Shown: positions 39,886-52,696, counted from the first letter of the whole stretch. The stretch is DNA of 63,659 nucleotides, filler included, from Octopus bimaculoides (GCF_001194135.2; 8 parts of 6 records of this genome joined end to end with filler, not necessarily neighbours in it), one strand, 5' to 3'. Notes: generated by a model from the sequence alone, not told the origin. Translations and numbers: made by a program.

Positions 39886-40711
39886 GTAATGAAGAACAAA
39901 TAGTAAAAGGTTGTCATTATAGTAGTCGAGGTGTTTCGAATATCGGTGCGAAGGGCTACGAGGCATTCTCGTCGGCTATTAATACCAATAGATGCCATGA
40001 AGGACCGTTGAATAAAAGGGAAATTAATCCAATAGGTAGAAAAAAAAAAGAAATAATGATAAAAAATATTCACGCAATCATATTTTCACAATACATAGAC
40101 ATAAACCTCCTGCTTTCATAACGTCTTCATACGTACACACTCACCCAAGCAGGTATACGTACATTCACATACACAAACAAACATATATGTGCATGTACGT
40201 ACTCATACATATATACACTTATCCATGCACACACACACACATGTATATATATATATGCATATTTGTACGCAACTTCATCCTCACATGTATTATGTTATGT
40301 GTATGCTTGCAAACACTTATGTGTATATGAGGACGAAGATGTGTACACATATACATATATAAATGTGTGTATGTGTGTGGAAATGTGTGTATGTATGAGT
40401 ATGTACATGCACTTATAGGTTTGTGTGTGTATGTGCATGTACGTATACATATTTGTGTGAATGTGTACGTATGAAGACGTTATGAATGCAGGAGGTTTAT
40501 GGTTTATGTGTTGTGACAATATAGTTGCCTGAATTTTTTTCTTTTTTCTTTCTTTTTCTACCTATTAGAGTAACTTCCCTTTTATTCAAAAGTCTTTCAT
40601 AGCGTCTGTTGCCATTAATAGCCGACGGGAATATATCGTAGCTCTTCGCTCCGACATTTGAAACTCCGAGTACCATAATGATAGCCTTTTAGTGTTAGTT
40701 CAAATTATAAC
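39883..40711. repeat. ~830-bp diverged palindrome centred near 40300
   Basis: Colinear reverse-complement matches along both arms, e.g. 40100-40139 vs 40462-40501 (39/40). Confidence 0.85.
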
Positions 40712-40998
40712 ATATATAAATAATCTTCTATTTATCTAATATCGAGGTCTCATTTTTTTGTCACTTAATATTATCATAATTATTATTATGTTGTTTTTTT
40801 CTTCTTTCTTCAAATTTTTTTCTATTTCTCGCCGAGTGTTTTCCGTACACCTCGGGCAGAGAAGCTCATTGTATGCATTCCCTGTTTACACACGCAAATT
40901 CACAGGTAAAATATGTATTAAAAATATTAATAAACAAATAAATTCATGAATGGATGTTGTTTTCACAGCGATAATGCTCTATTATTATTATTATTATA

Positions 40999-41058
<60 letters not shown>

Positions 41059-41196
41059 TATATGCACACACACGGTGATCTTCCGCACACTTTTTCGCCC
41101 AACACACTTGTCCATGATCCTTCAGCGTGTGACCAAACTGGAAACCACTTCGTTGCAGCAATAGCTGAATAACAATATCCTTAAAATTAGATATAA

Positions 41197-42483
41197 CTAG
41201 CAGAAATACCCGGCTTTGCCCGGGTTAAAGAGAATAATGAAATCTAAAAACGCCGTCTAGACTACGCAACCCTCAACTGTTAGTAGCTACGATACCATAT
41301 TTCTACATTAATAACTCTCCAATCCATGCCAGCATGGAACATAGACATTAAGTGGAATGCCAGTCTCTCATCTAGGAGGGCCTTGAAATCAATGTTACCA
41401 ACTGGGGACTATGTGTGTCGTAGTGATAATAAAAAGACCCAAAGGAGGTCTGCAATGAAATAATTTTACTCAACACTTTGCAAGTGAATCAGTGGAGGCA
41501 AAGATGCGTCTCATTTACTTGACAATTTATGCACCACATTGCAGAAATCACAATGTAAGNNNNNNNNNNNNNNNNNNNNNNNNNNNNNNNNNNNNNNNNN
41601 NNNNNNNNNNNNNNNNNNNNNNNNNNNNNNNNNNNNNNNNNNNNNNNNNNNNNNNNNNNNNNNNNNNNNNNNNNNNNNNNNNNNNNNNNNNNNNNNNNNN
41701 NNNNNNNNNNNNNNNNNNNNNNNNNNNNNNNNNNNNNNNNNNNNNNNNNNNNNNNNNNNNNNNNNNNNNNNNNNNNNNNNNNNNNNNNNNNNNNNNNNNN
41801 NNNNNNNNNNNNNNNNNNNNNNNNNNNNNNNNNNNNNNNNNNNNNNNNNNNNNNNNNNNNNNNNNNNNNNNNNNNNNNNNNNNNNNNNNNNNNNNNNNNN
41901 NNNNNNNNNNNNNNNNNNNNNNNNNNNNNNNNNNNNNNNNNNNNNNNNNNNNNNNNNNNNNNNNNNNNNNNNNNNNNNNNNNNNNNNNNNNNNNNNNNNN
42001 NNNNNNNNNNNNNNNNNNNNNNNNNNNNNNNNNNNNNNNNNNNNNNNNNNNNNNNNNNNNNNNNNNNNNNNNNNNNNNNNNNNNNNNNNNNNNNNNNNNN
42101 NNNNNNNNNNNNNNNNNNNNNNNNNNNNNNNNNNNNNNNNNNNNNNNNNNNNNNNNNNNNNNNNNNNNNNNNNNNNNNNNNNNNNNNNNNNNNNNNNNNN
42201 NNNNNGTTAGTAGAATAGTTTCATTTTTAAAGTGAAAGTATTTGACATGAGTGTTTTTGTTTCACTTTTGACACGTAATACTTAAATAGTGGAGGAGATA
42301 TTATGTTGCTGTGGGCTCGAACTCTGCAAGAAGCTAAAATTTTTTTTGACTAAAACACAACTGGAACCCTACGTAAGGCATCTGTAAAATTTGAATGAAA
42401 TTGGTTGCGTAGTTCTCGAGTTTTAGGGATTCACACAGACAGACAGACAGACAGACACACATTCTCATTTTTATATATATAGA
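41197..42483 (-). mobile_element. Non-autonomous Helitron
   Basis: Minus strand 5' A|TCTATATATAT, 3' hairpin CCCGGGCAAAGCCGGG then CTAG|T; internal (ACAG)n; spans a gap. Confidence 0.8.
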
Positions 42484-42685
42484 TGACAATTTCAGCTTGT
42501 AGAGATAGAGGACGGCCTAATTACTCGCTGAAAACAGTAAACAAGAAAATGTCCAAAGAAGATATTAATTGTAAACTAAGTCTTGACTTGAAAAAATGAA
42601 TTTCATGATATCATGTCATAACATGGTAGTAACATTGATACTGGCGTATTTTTATAAAGAGATTTTACAAATTTATTGCTATATG

Positions 42686-43078
42686 TTGTTGGCACTCCGT
42701 CGCTTACGACGTCGAGGGTTCCAGTTGATCCGATCAACGGAACAGCTTGCTCGTGAAATTAACGTGCAAGTGGCTGAGCACTCCACAGACACGTGTACCC
42801 TTAACGTAGTTCTCGAGGGTAATCAGTGTGACACAGTGTGATACAGTGTGACAAGGCTGACCCTTTGAATTACAGGCACAACAGAAACAGGATGTAAGAG
42901 TGAGAGAAAGTTGTGGTGAAAGAGTACAGCAGGGTTCGCCACCATCCCCTGCCGGAGCCTCGTGGAGCTTTAGGTGTTTTCGCTCAATAAACACTCACAA
43001 CGCCCGGTCTGGGAATCGAAACCGCGATCCTATGACCGCGAATCCGCTGCCCTAACCACTGGGCCATTGCGCCTCCAC
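42686..43078 (-). mobile_element. SINE family 3, full length and apparently young
   Basis: Minus strand GGAGGCGCAATGGCCCAGTGGTTAGG (A box), GGTTTCGATTCC (B box), tail GACGGAGTGCCAACAAC. Confidence 0.9.
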
Positions 43079-43479
43079 TATTGTTATACAATACAAAGTA
43101 AAGCTGCGTGAAACTACATGATTTTATGTTATGTACTTTTGACACGTAAATTTTCAATAGCATATCTTTCTCCTCAGGGATTCCTTTGAAAGAAATACGA
43201 TGTTGAGATGTGAATGAAAGAGCGGTTGAAAGGTGGTTCGCTTCTTAGTTTGCACAGCTTCTTTTGTTTTTAATTGATTAAAATAGCCAATGATGATAAT
43301 GGCAAATCAATCCAGTAAACTTCAGACGTAAACAAAAACACACACAAATACACACACACGCACACATGCGCACACACACCTACACACGTACATATACATA
43401 ACAAATGCTCACAATGGAATATATAGATATATTCAAACTTGTATACATATACCCATACATACATACATACATACATACA

Positions 43480-43512
<33 letters not shown>

Positions 43513-43562
43513 TTATATATGTAATTATTTCTACGCATGCATGTATGTATGCTTGTCTGCAC

Positions 43563-43620
<58 letters not shown>

Positions 43621-45042
43621 TTATATGCCTTCCTTTCTAGTTGCATACTCTGTTTCCTAGTTACACTAGGTTCTGGCGTTCTCTCTCTGTCTGTCTGTCT
43701 CTCGCTCGCTCGATCTATCTATGATATTCAATTTAATCTCCATTTCAAAGTAAATCTTAGTAATTCATTGGGACCAACAACAATCATGTTGCAATATCTT
43801 GTATTTTATTTCGGTAAGTTCACCTTCTGTTTTCGCTTTGTTGTTGCTGTTGTTATTGCTGTTGTTGTTTGTTGCTGGTTTTCTTGTTGTGCAATATTTC
43901 ATCACCTTGGGCCCCGAAGACGTAGGATGAAATGCCTTGCAGAGTTAACTATAACGTGATTTATTTTATTCGTGTGAATAAAGTCTATCTAGGAGCACAT
44001 TATTCCATGTAACCTTTATGTTTTTAAAGACGACAATAGGCTCCATAATAAGAGGAGATTTAGTCGCTCTTTCTAGCAGGTTAAAACACTTTGTAAATGA
44101 ATCCTTAGCTGAACTGAAGAACGATTACATGGGCGAATTGAGGCACAGTAGCCTGAAATTGGCGCTACTTATTTTATTGCTAACTTGACCTCAGTTCAGG
44201 CTTGATACAGCAGCAGATCTGTAAAAAAAAAACAAAAAACTTTCAGCTTTGACCTTTGTACCTGCACTTGGTCACTTATAACTTGTTACGCACTTCATTG
44301 TTGAGTCGAGTCTTTGTAGTTGTTAGTATTGCAGAGTAGAATTTGAGGCATATTTGGCAACTATTTCTATCATCACAACCGTGTTTCTTAAATGCAATGT
44401 CGACGTTGGCCGTATTTAAACTCAAGACACGGAGAACTGAAACGAAATCTTGAGGCATTCTGACACGACTAATTCACCGATTTCTCATTATTATGAAGCC
44501 CCAAACCCAACGCTCATTGAGCACCCACTTATGCTCAAATACATTCCAGCCGTGATCATTCCGTATATTTTCTAAGAATACTAAACCCGCAACTTCAATA
44601 TTCAATAAGTTTTATTTTTCTGAAACAGGATGTAAAACACTTAAAAAACGTTTGGCTGCTATTTTTACCAGGTCAAGTGCCCAATTAGCGTAGGCTTCGG
44701 CAAACATCTTTTATCATCGACTCTGCCTTCGTTGAATCATTAATAAATTATCGATACACATCATGTAAATTTCTAACATGAAACTAAAATGTATGCTAAT
44801 TAAAAAAAAAAAATTTACAAGAATTCCTTCGTTATTTTGTGCTATTATAGATTTTTAATTAGAAGCATGAAAAGAAATTTAATGCAACTTATTAAAGAAA
44901 GTGATAAAAATAAAGATCATTAATTACCAATTTATTTTTTAAATAGCTACATAGACCCTCAGGGTTCAATATGGACCCCTTTGCGCCCACCTGTCCGAGA
45001 TACGCTTTTGTTGATTTTTTTCTTATTATTATCCTTGTTGCT

Positions 45043-45208
45043 GTTAAGGCGGCGAACTGGCAGAATTGGTAGCGCTCCGGAAGAAATATGTTAAGGGTAC
45101 ACGTGTCTGTGGAGTGCTCAGCCACTTGCGCGTTAATTTCACGAGCAGGCTGTTCCGTTGATCGGATCAACTGGGACCATCGTCGTCGTAACCGACGGAG
45201 TGCTCCTT
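45043..45208 (+). mobile_element. Chimeric SINE: family 2 head fused to family 3 tail
   Basis: AAGGCGGCGAACTGGCAGAATTGGTAGC followed by TTAAGGGTACACGTGTCTGTGGAGTGCTCAGCC...GACGGAGTGC. Confidence 0.6.
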
Positions 45209-45976
45209 TGATTAGGAATAGAACAGAAAAAAATTTAAGTGATTATAAAAATATCACGGATTAGCTGGAACACAATTTCTTGTATCTCGTAACATACTAG
45301 GAAGCAACAAATTTAATTCAAGTGATACAAATAATATCAAAAGAAAATCTAAGACATCTTTAAATCTATGATAATGAGGAAAGAAATTTTATCTAAATCA
45401 GTAATTAATCCTAAAGATGGATTTTAAACTATTATCTAATTAAATGAAAAAGCCAAAGGTGATATACTTTATCAAANNNNNNNNNNNNNNNNNNNNNNNN
45501 NNNNNNNNNNNNNNNNNNNNNNNNNNNNNNNNNNNNNNNNNNNNNNNNNNNNNNNNNNNNNNNNNNNNNNNNNNNNNNNNNNNNNNNNNNNNNNNNNNNN
45601 NNNNNNNNNNNNNNNNNNNNNNNNNNNNNNNNNNNNNNNNNNNNNNNNNNNNNNNNNNNNNNNNNNNNNNNNNNNNNNNNNNNNNNNNNNNNNNNNNNNN
45701 NNNNNNNNNNNNNNNNNNNNNNNNNNNNNNNNNNNNNNNNNNNNNNNNNNNNNNNNNNNNNNNNNNNNNNNNNNNNNNNNNNNNNNNNNNNNNNNNNNNN
45801 NNNNNNNNNNNNNNNNNNNNNNNNNNNNNNNNNNNNNNNNNNNNNNNNNNNNNNNNNNNNNNNNNNNNNNNNNNNNNNNNNNNNNNNNNNNNNNNNNNNN
45901 NNNNNNNNNNNNNNNNNNNNNNNNNNNNNNNNNNNNNNNNNNNNNNNNNNNNNNNNNNNNNNNNNNNNNAAATATG

Positions 45977-46023
<47 letters not shown>

Positions 46024-47316
46024 CTCAAAAGTAAATATACTCGCCTCATACCGTTTCTTTTTGTGCGGACACGACTCATTACTACGATGCATCAAAACGG
46101 TAACATCATTAAATACTGTACAAGGCGTTTGTAAAAATAGTAAATAAAATATTTCAACCTATCAGATGACATTATTTTGTTTGTTGAAAAATAAATCTTA
46201 TGGAAATGATGTCGAATATTTACTTTCAAGATGTCTGTGCATTTACGAGTGTTATACCGAAACTCATGCGAATGTGGACATAACATTTTTATTACTTCTT
46301 ATAAATCGTTCAAATTACAAAATATTGTTGCAAAGTTTTAGAACAGCAGATATTGTTAATACCTTGACAAACGCTACTATGTTTTCTTCTCCATGCCCTA
46401 TATCGCACAGCACCGAGAATCTCCGCTCAACATTTTATTAAATAAGTCCTCAATACTATATTCTGAGGCTGTCAAGCGAATCATTTTAGTTTAGTGGTCT
46501 TCATTCTTTTAGGGCACCAGAGTTTCCAAAACATAACGTCCAATATGATCTGGTGTTCAGGACGATATCGATGGCCAGCAACGCCTACACTCTGAAGAAA
46601 TCAGAGGAATTTGTAAATCTTGCATTTGGTGTTCTTCTCATGGCACGATATGTTTTGAGCCCTTATGAAAAGCCCGGTGTACCCACAACCAAAGTGTCCT
46701 TGAATATCATACTTCATAGTTATAGTTTCGGTTCCGTTGAAAAGAATGCTCTTTACATATGGCCTAAGAAACGTCAAAATTATTAAGTTGGAATTACTTG
46801 GTTCCAAGATGAGTGAAGTTTTCCAGATGTTGTTACAGGCATCAAATGGCTCCCTTCGGTCTCCGGATGTCTTTCTGACTGACGAAAGCATAAGAGTACA
46901 ATTGTTTTAAATCATTGAAGTCTTTCAGTTTTGTGCCATGTTTGAGACAAATAGGCTCGTAACATTTGATAGTGACAAAATAAGTGCAATATTACCCACC
47001 TTTTTTTTTTTTTTTGTAGTATCGCAGATAAGATTAAAAAAGCCGTCACTATTATCTTTGAAAACCTTTCAAACTATGCATTACTTTTCATTTTTCAAAT
47101 GTAATAATGAATAGATATTAATGAAACGCTTTTTAATTTTAATGAAGCGCTTGCACTAATTTAAGATAAATAAAACTCTCCGTCACATTTAGTGAAACAA
47201 AAGGCCAACTCTTGAGAACTAGAAGTCACAGCTCTACTATTGCAGTGAAGCAGCTTCTAGATTAATCCTAAATTTAATTTCTTTATAATTGAATATATTT
47301 CGACTTCTCATTTCAG

Positions 47317-47346
47317 GATTGGAAGCAGTGATGCAGAAGAAAAAAG
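47317..47346 (+). CDS. 30-nt phase 1-1 micro-exon, (G)LEAVMQKKK
   Basis: Acceptor CTTCTCATTTCAG, donor GTATGTAAGT, open in phase 1. Confidence 0.6.
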
Positions 47347-47380
47347 GTATGTAAGTTGAAAAGTACACCACACACACACA

Positions 47381-47466
<86 letters not shown>

Positions 47467-47574
47467 AATATGTATATATACACATACACACAGACATCTC
47501 AAAAGTAAATATACTTAGATTAATCCTAAATTTAATTTCTTTATAATTATATTTATTTCGTCTTCTCATTTCAG

Positions 47575-47607
47575 CAGTGAATCCAGTGGTGAATGATCTG
47601 GGAACAG
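47575..47607 (+). CDS. 33-nt (30-nt by NAGNAG) phase 1-1 micro-exon, (A)VNPVVNDLGT
   Basis: Same acceptor and donor context as 47317-47346; CAG|CAG tandem acceptor; open in phase 1. Confidence 0.6.
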
Positions 47608-47645
47608 GTATGTAAGTTGAGAAACACACCACACACGCACACACG

Positions 47646-47700
<55 letters not shown>

Positions 47701-47992
47701 NNNNNNNNNNNNNNNNNNNNNNNNNNNNNNNNNNNNNNNNNNNNNNNNNNNNNNTATATGCATTCACATACATGCATACATACATACATACATACATACA
47801 TACATACATACATACATGCTTGCATACGTACATACATACATACATACATACATACATACATACATACATACATACATGCATATATTTTATTTAAATTGCA
47901 TAAATATTTGTGTGTGAAAGAAATTCTTCAACGCTGATCGTTTGGCCCAGCAGTTTACTGTATCTTGTATTTATTTTCCTGTTTCGTTGCAG

Positions 47993-48247
47993 AAGACGTT
48001 GGTTTCCCGAACAGAAAGAAGTTTATGAAACTCTTCAACACTGGACCTGAAAAAAATGTTACGGGAATAAAAATGAATCTAACACTCGAAAATTGTGCAG
48101 ATGCATGTCTGAAAATGGAGACATGTAAATCTTTTATGGCCCACGATAATACAACCGAATGCATTTTGTACGAGACCTGGAGCGGCGAAATCAGATACCA
48201 ATCTTTAAAGGAAGAAAACTACTACTACTATCAAAAAATATTAGATG
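47993..48247 (+). CDS. 255-nt phase 1-1 exon encoding a PAN/apple domain of a probably extracellular protein
   Basis: Acceptor TTTTCCTGTTTCGTTGCAG, donor GTAAAC; CADACLKMETCKSF...ECILY four-Cys PAN pattern ending YYYQK; three N-x-T sequons. Confidence 0.8.
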
Positions 48248-48456
48248 GTAAACATTCTTCTTCTTCTTCTTCTTCTTCTTCTTCTTCTTCTTCTTCTTCT
48301 TCTTCTTCTTCTTCTTCTTCTTCTTCTTCTTCTTCTTCTTCTTCTTCTTCTTCTTCNNNNNNNNNNNNNNNNNNNNNNNNNNNNNNNNNNNNNNNNNNNN
48401 TTAATTAATTAANNNNNNNNNNNNNNNNNNNNNNNNNNNNNNNNNNNNNNNNNNNN

Positions 48457-48501
<45 letters not shown>

Positions 48502-49302
48502 AAGAAAAGAAATATATACATAAAATGTGCATGCGAAGAGTTTTCGTCAACTAATGTAATATAATAGGTATGTACTATAAGTACTCAATATAGATTACCA
48601 CTAGAACTCCGGCATGAACTGCAGCTGAAAAGGATGATATTGAAACTGCCTATCTGAGGCGGCTAGAAGTGGTTCCTCCTTGAGCAGGCGGATATAGATT
48701 AAAGTAAAAATGAAAAAAACAAAATAATTAGCATCACTCGGAAAAAAAATTATTTAATTTATACAGAGAATACAATCATATAGAGTCTCTTACAGCTATT
48801 TCTAGAATAGCCAATCGTGTGGATCATGATATTGAATGAGGATTCCATGAGCTGAGTATACCGTTATCAGAGACGGATAAGTCAGAGAAATGTAAAAATG
48901 AAAAAATATCCCCAATAGAGAATATTAGTATTTTCTAGTTTGTCAAAACGAATCAGAGTAAAATAGTATGCGTTACATAGTTCCATGATCAAATAAATAA
49001 TGAAGTTGTAGGTAAGGTCTGTTAGCAGTTTCAAATGAGAGTTCAATGATAATCCATGGCAAGAAATAGAGGAAGTTACCAGTTCCCTTTTTAAATAGAG
49101 AGTGAATGAGAGTTAAGTAGGAATAATATACTATATATGTGCATACTCTCACGCACACACGCAAACTCGCGCATACACACACAAACATAGATATATCGAC
49201 TTTGTCAAGGCTTTCAACAGCCAAACATGGGATATATCACAAATTGCGTGATCTTGCTATAATTGGTAAACTGGGTGAATGGCTGAATTAATTTTTAAAA
49301 GA

Positions 49303-50197
49303 CTATTCGTGACCCGTTGGGTCACCGGGAATGCCTGAGTTTCCCCGCAACAGAGTTTTGTTTCGTGTTTTTTTTCATTGCCAAGTTATTTCGCATGCTT
49401 TCAAAGAATGTAACATTGAAATCACGTGTAAGCGACTCCTTTCCCCAGAAAAGAAAAGATTTGGGTGCTATTTCTTGCACACACTGCTACCACGTAACAA
49501 GTATTTTGAGTCCTTTATCGCAAATAGATGTGGTAGCAAGGCGTGCTAGAAATAGCAGCCAAATATTTGGAGGTGAGATACGTTGAAAGCACTCGAAAAA
49601 TCCTATGGAAAAAAATTATTTCACACCGAGGTTACGAACGGGTCTTTTACGAAATATTGACCGTTTTTAAAGTCATTTTCACTTTAAGATATTTTTTTTA
49701 AAGTTTGCTAACAAAAATTTTGTAATGGTATTCACTTGAAAATAATTTTTAGCATTAAAATATTGACTGCTTAAAGAAAGCTAAAATATAAATACTTACT
49801 TTACAAACAATTTACATTTTTTAAATCACATTCACTTCAAAATATTTCTAGATGATTAAAATATTGCGTTTAACAAAAGCGAAAATAGAAGCATTTACTG
49901 TAAAAAATACAAATTGCATTTTTTCGCTGTCAAGTCAGTGTCTAATCGAAAGGTTAGAGTTTCTTCCCTTTCAGGATAAAGTTATATTCGGAATATTTTC
50001 TCATTATGCACTGTTTTGGGGATTTATACCCCCAGACCCCGAATGTGTCAATAACTACTGGTCCGGTTTACGCTAAACTTGTTTTATTCCGTCCGTATTA
50101 ACATTTCAGGAGCAACTTAATTCATAGTATTTTCCCATTATGCACCAGTTTGGTTGTGTAACATTGCAAGCAAGATTGAACTTCACTTTTATTAATA
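49303..50197 (-). mobile_element. Non-autonomous Helitron A inside the CR1
   Basis: Subterminal hairpin GTGACCCGTTGGGTCAC next to a degenerate CTAG end; AT-rich 5' end. Confidence 0.55.
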
Positions 50198-50739
50198 CTA
50201 GCAGGCGTACTCGGCGTTGCCTGGGGTATTAGTTAAGTATACCTGGTCAGCGTAGTCTCTCACGAAGTAGAGCTGAGGAAACTGAGGCGCGGTAGCGTCA
50301 TGCGGCTGCAGGGAACCAATTCTATGTTAAATCCGCCCCTGCACTTTAAAGGAAGGCATGAAATGTCCATCTCGTATGATGTTGGCGCCGAAGGAAGTCA
50401 TTTGGAACGCGCAGTTGTAAGCACGTATCCGCTTGAGAAAGTCATGAGAATAAGGAAACGCCCCTGTCAAAAGATCAACCAAAAGGAGTGGAGGATCTTG
50501 TAGAAGAGGTACTGTAATCTTATCGTTGGAACAGCACATGCCGGGAGTTTCTCCAGGCCATTTTTTAGTTCCGCAAAATTGGCAGATTGTGGACATGCAG
50601 CCTATTTGAACGTCAGGATAATTACTGAAGTCAATTGTAGGATCGTAGTTGAATGCTGTCATTGACCAACACGAGGAACATGACCTTGAGTAAGAACGTC
50701 GTGCAGTATCTCTTGTAAGTCGAACTGCGCGTTGTGCGG

Positions 50740-50745
<6 letters not shown>
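50198..50745 (-). mobile_element. Helitron B deletion derivative retaining the Rep-helicase N-terminal coding region
   Basis: ORF 50327-50662 AFNYDP...CQFCGTKKWPGETPGMCCSN...YNCAFQMTSFGA...FMPSFKVQG; CTAG end with hairpin at 50198-50226. Confidence 0.85.
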
Positions 50746-50776
<31 letters not shown>

Positions 50777-51399
50777 AAGACATCAATACTCAGTAGATCT
50801 TTCAGAAACTGTATAAGGACCACTATTGTCCGTGGTGTCTCTCTCTCTCAGGCATGCATTCAGCCATACAGTCAGCCATTCTCACCATCTGTGCTGATGA
50901 TATAAAAGTATCAGAAGCAATTAAAGACCTGAAGATAACTCAAAACAACAGAAAAATTTGATCGCAATCTACAAGTGGGCTGAAGAAAACAATATGCAAT
51001 TTAAAGCTGGCAAGTTTAAAATACTCCTACGTCGATCTACCAACAGATTTCGATCAAGATACACAAGACCATACAACATTGTAATCCTACACTCAGAGAC
51101 AAGTCGGTGCGTGACCTGCGAATTCACTTGAGTGGCGATGTATCATTCTGCATGCAATTTACTAAGATGGTAACAATGTGCTGGCGTCTCGCCGGTTGGA
51201 TTCTAAAATCATTCAGAACACGGAAAAGGGAAACCAAGTCGTTCTTACGGAGAACATTTGTGCTCAGTGGCAATCCAAAACCACAATACCAATAAGATTT
51301 CCACGGTCCAACAGATGGACTACCGGAAGAAGTTAAAAGAGCTGAGACTCTTCTCCCACGAGAGAAGACGCGAAAGATATGCAGTTTGATATATATACA

Positions 51400-52696
51400 C
51401 GAGGGTGGACTGAAAAGTTCATAGGCTGACTATGAAAGAGTGATGCTAGAGCTATGAAATCTCGCATGCATTAATTTCAACCCTACTTATTGATAACTGC
51501 ATTGTTTCTTTCCAAATAAACTAGCATCTGAATGTTCAAAGAACACTTTAAACGTAACTAGTAGCGATTCTTTTGAAAATGGACAAAATTTCGCATCGTG
51601 CTGTTATCAAGTACCTGAAGAAAAAGGATTTAGCATCCTATCCCCACCTCCCACAAGGACATTCAAGCTGACATGGTTGTTACATTAGGGGATGATACTC
51701 CGGCTTTATCAGCAGTACGAATGTGGACAGCTGAATTTAGGATGGGGAGAGAGAATCTTCAAGATGACCCAAGGTCTGGACATCCTGCAACTAACAGCAC
51801 CGAGGAAAACATTGATCGTGTTCACCACATGGTGATGGATGACAGGCGATCGATTATAAATCAAATAGCCAATGCTATTAATATATTTCGTGATGGAGTC
51901 GAGAATATTTTGCACAATGAACTTGACATGACGAAGGTTTCTGCTTGGGGTGGGCCACATTTTCTGACACTTGATCAAAGGCGCACCAAGCTGATCACAT
52001 CACGGAAAAATCTGAGATTGTCATATGTAGCTCCAGCTAGTTTCCTTGAAGGCTTCCTTAACCAAGATGAGTGTTAGCTTCATCACTTTAAACGAGAGAC
52101 AGAGACAGTCCATGTAGAGCAAAACACCCCTTCACATCTGCTCCAAAGAAGGCCAAAATAGTTTCATCTGCAGGGAAAATGGTGGTTTCAGCTTTGGGGG
52201 ATGCAGAAAGCATTGTGTTTACTGGCTATCTTCAAAAGGGTCCACAATCAATGGAGAGTACTGTGCCAACTTGCTGAGGTAGTTACGAAAAGCTATCAAG
52301 ATCAAAACCCAGAAAAACTGAAGGATGGGGTCTTGTTTCATCAGGATTATACTCCAGTGAACAAACCTTTCGTTTCAGTGACTGCTGTGCATGATTGTGA
52401 CTCTAAACTGGTTGATCACCTTCCCTGTTCTCCTGATTTAGCCCCCAACTATCATCTGTTCCTCACCATGACAAAACATTTGGCTGGAAACCAGTATCGC
52501 AGTGGTGATGACGTCATCCGCTGCTAGCGACTTATTGGGATCAAATGAACGAAAATTTCTTCACCAATGGGATCAAAGCACTGCAATACCGATGGAAGAA
52601 ATGTATGTGGACCGTAAAAGGGGAACTATGGTGAAAAATAAACCTCATTACATAAGAGTGTCTTGATCAGCCTATGAACTTTTCAGTCGATCCTCG
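51400..52696 (+). mobile_element. Full-length (~1.3 kb) mariner with inactivated transposase (~51579-52640)
   Basis: TIRs CGAGGGTGGACTGAAAAGTTCATAGGCTGA and TCAGCCTATGAACTTTTCAGTCGATCCTCG|TA; MDKISHRAVIKYL, DDPRSGHP, LFHQDYTP, CSPDLAP motifs with stops and frameshifts. Confidence 0.95.

Noticed and set aside
319-43078. tRNA-like heads as tRNA genes, and any CRISPR array
   Set aside because: The heads run into SINE bodies without full cloverleaves; no repeat-spacer periodicity was seen.
46530-46900. 77-aa and 96-aa ORFs near the micro-exons
   Set aside because: No convincing motif or splice sites; possibly a very old transposase.
4859-47881. Long ORFs in the supplied track (200-450 aa)
   Set aside because: Composed of X from N-gaps and dinucleotide repeats.
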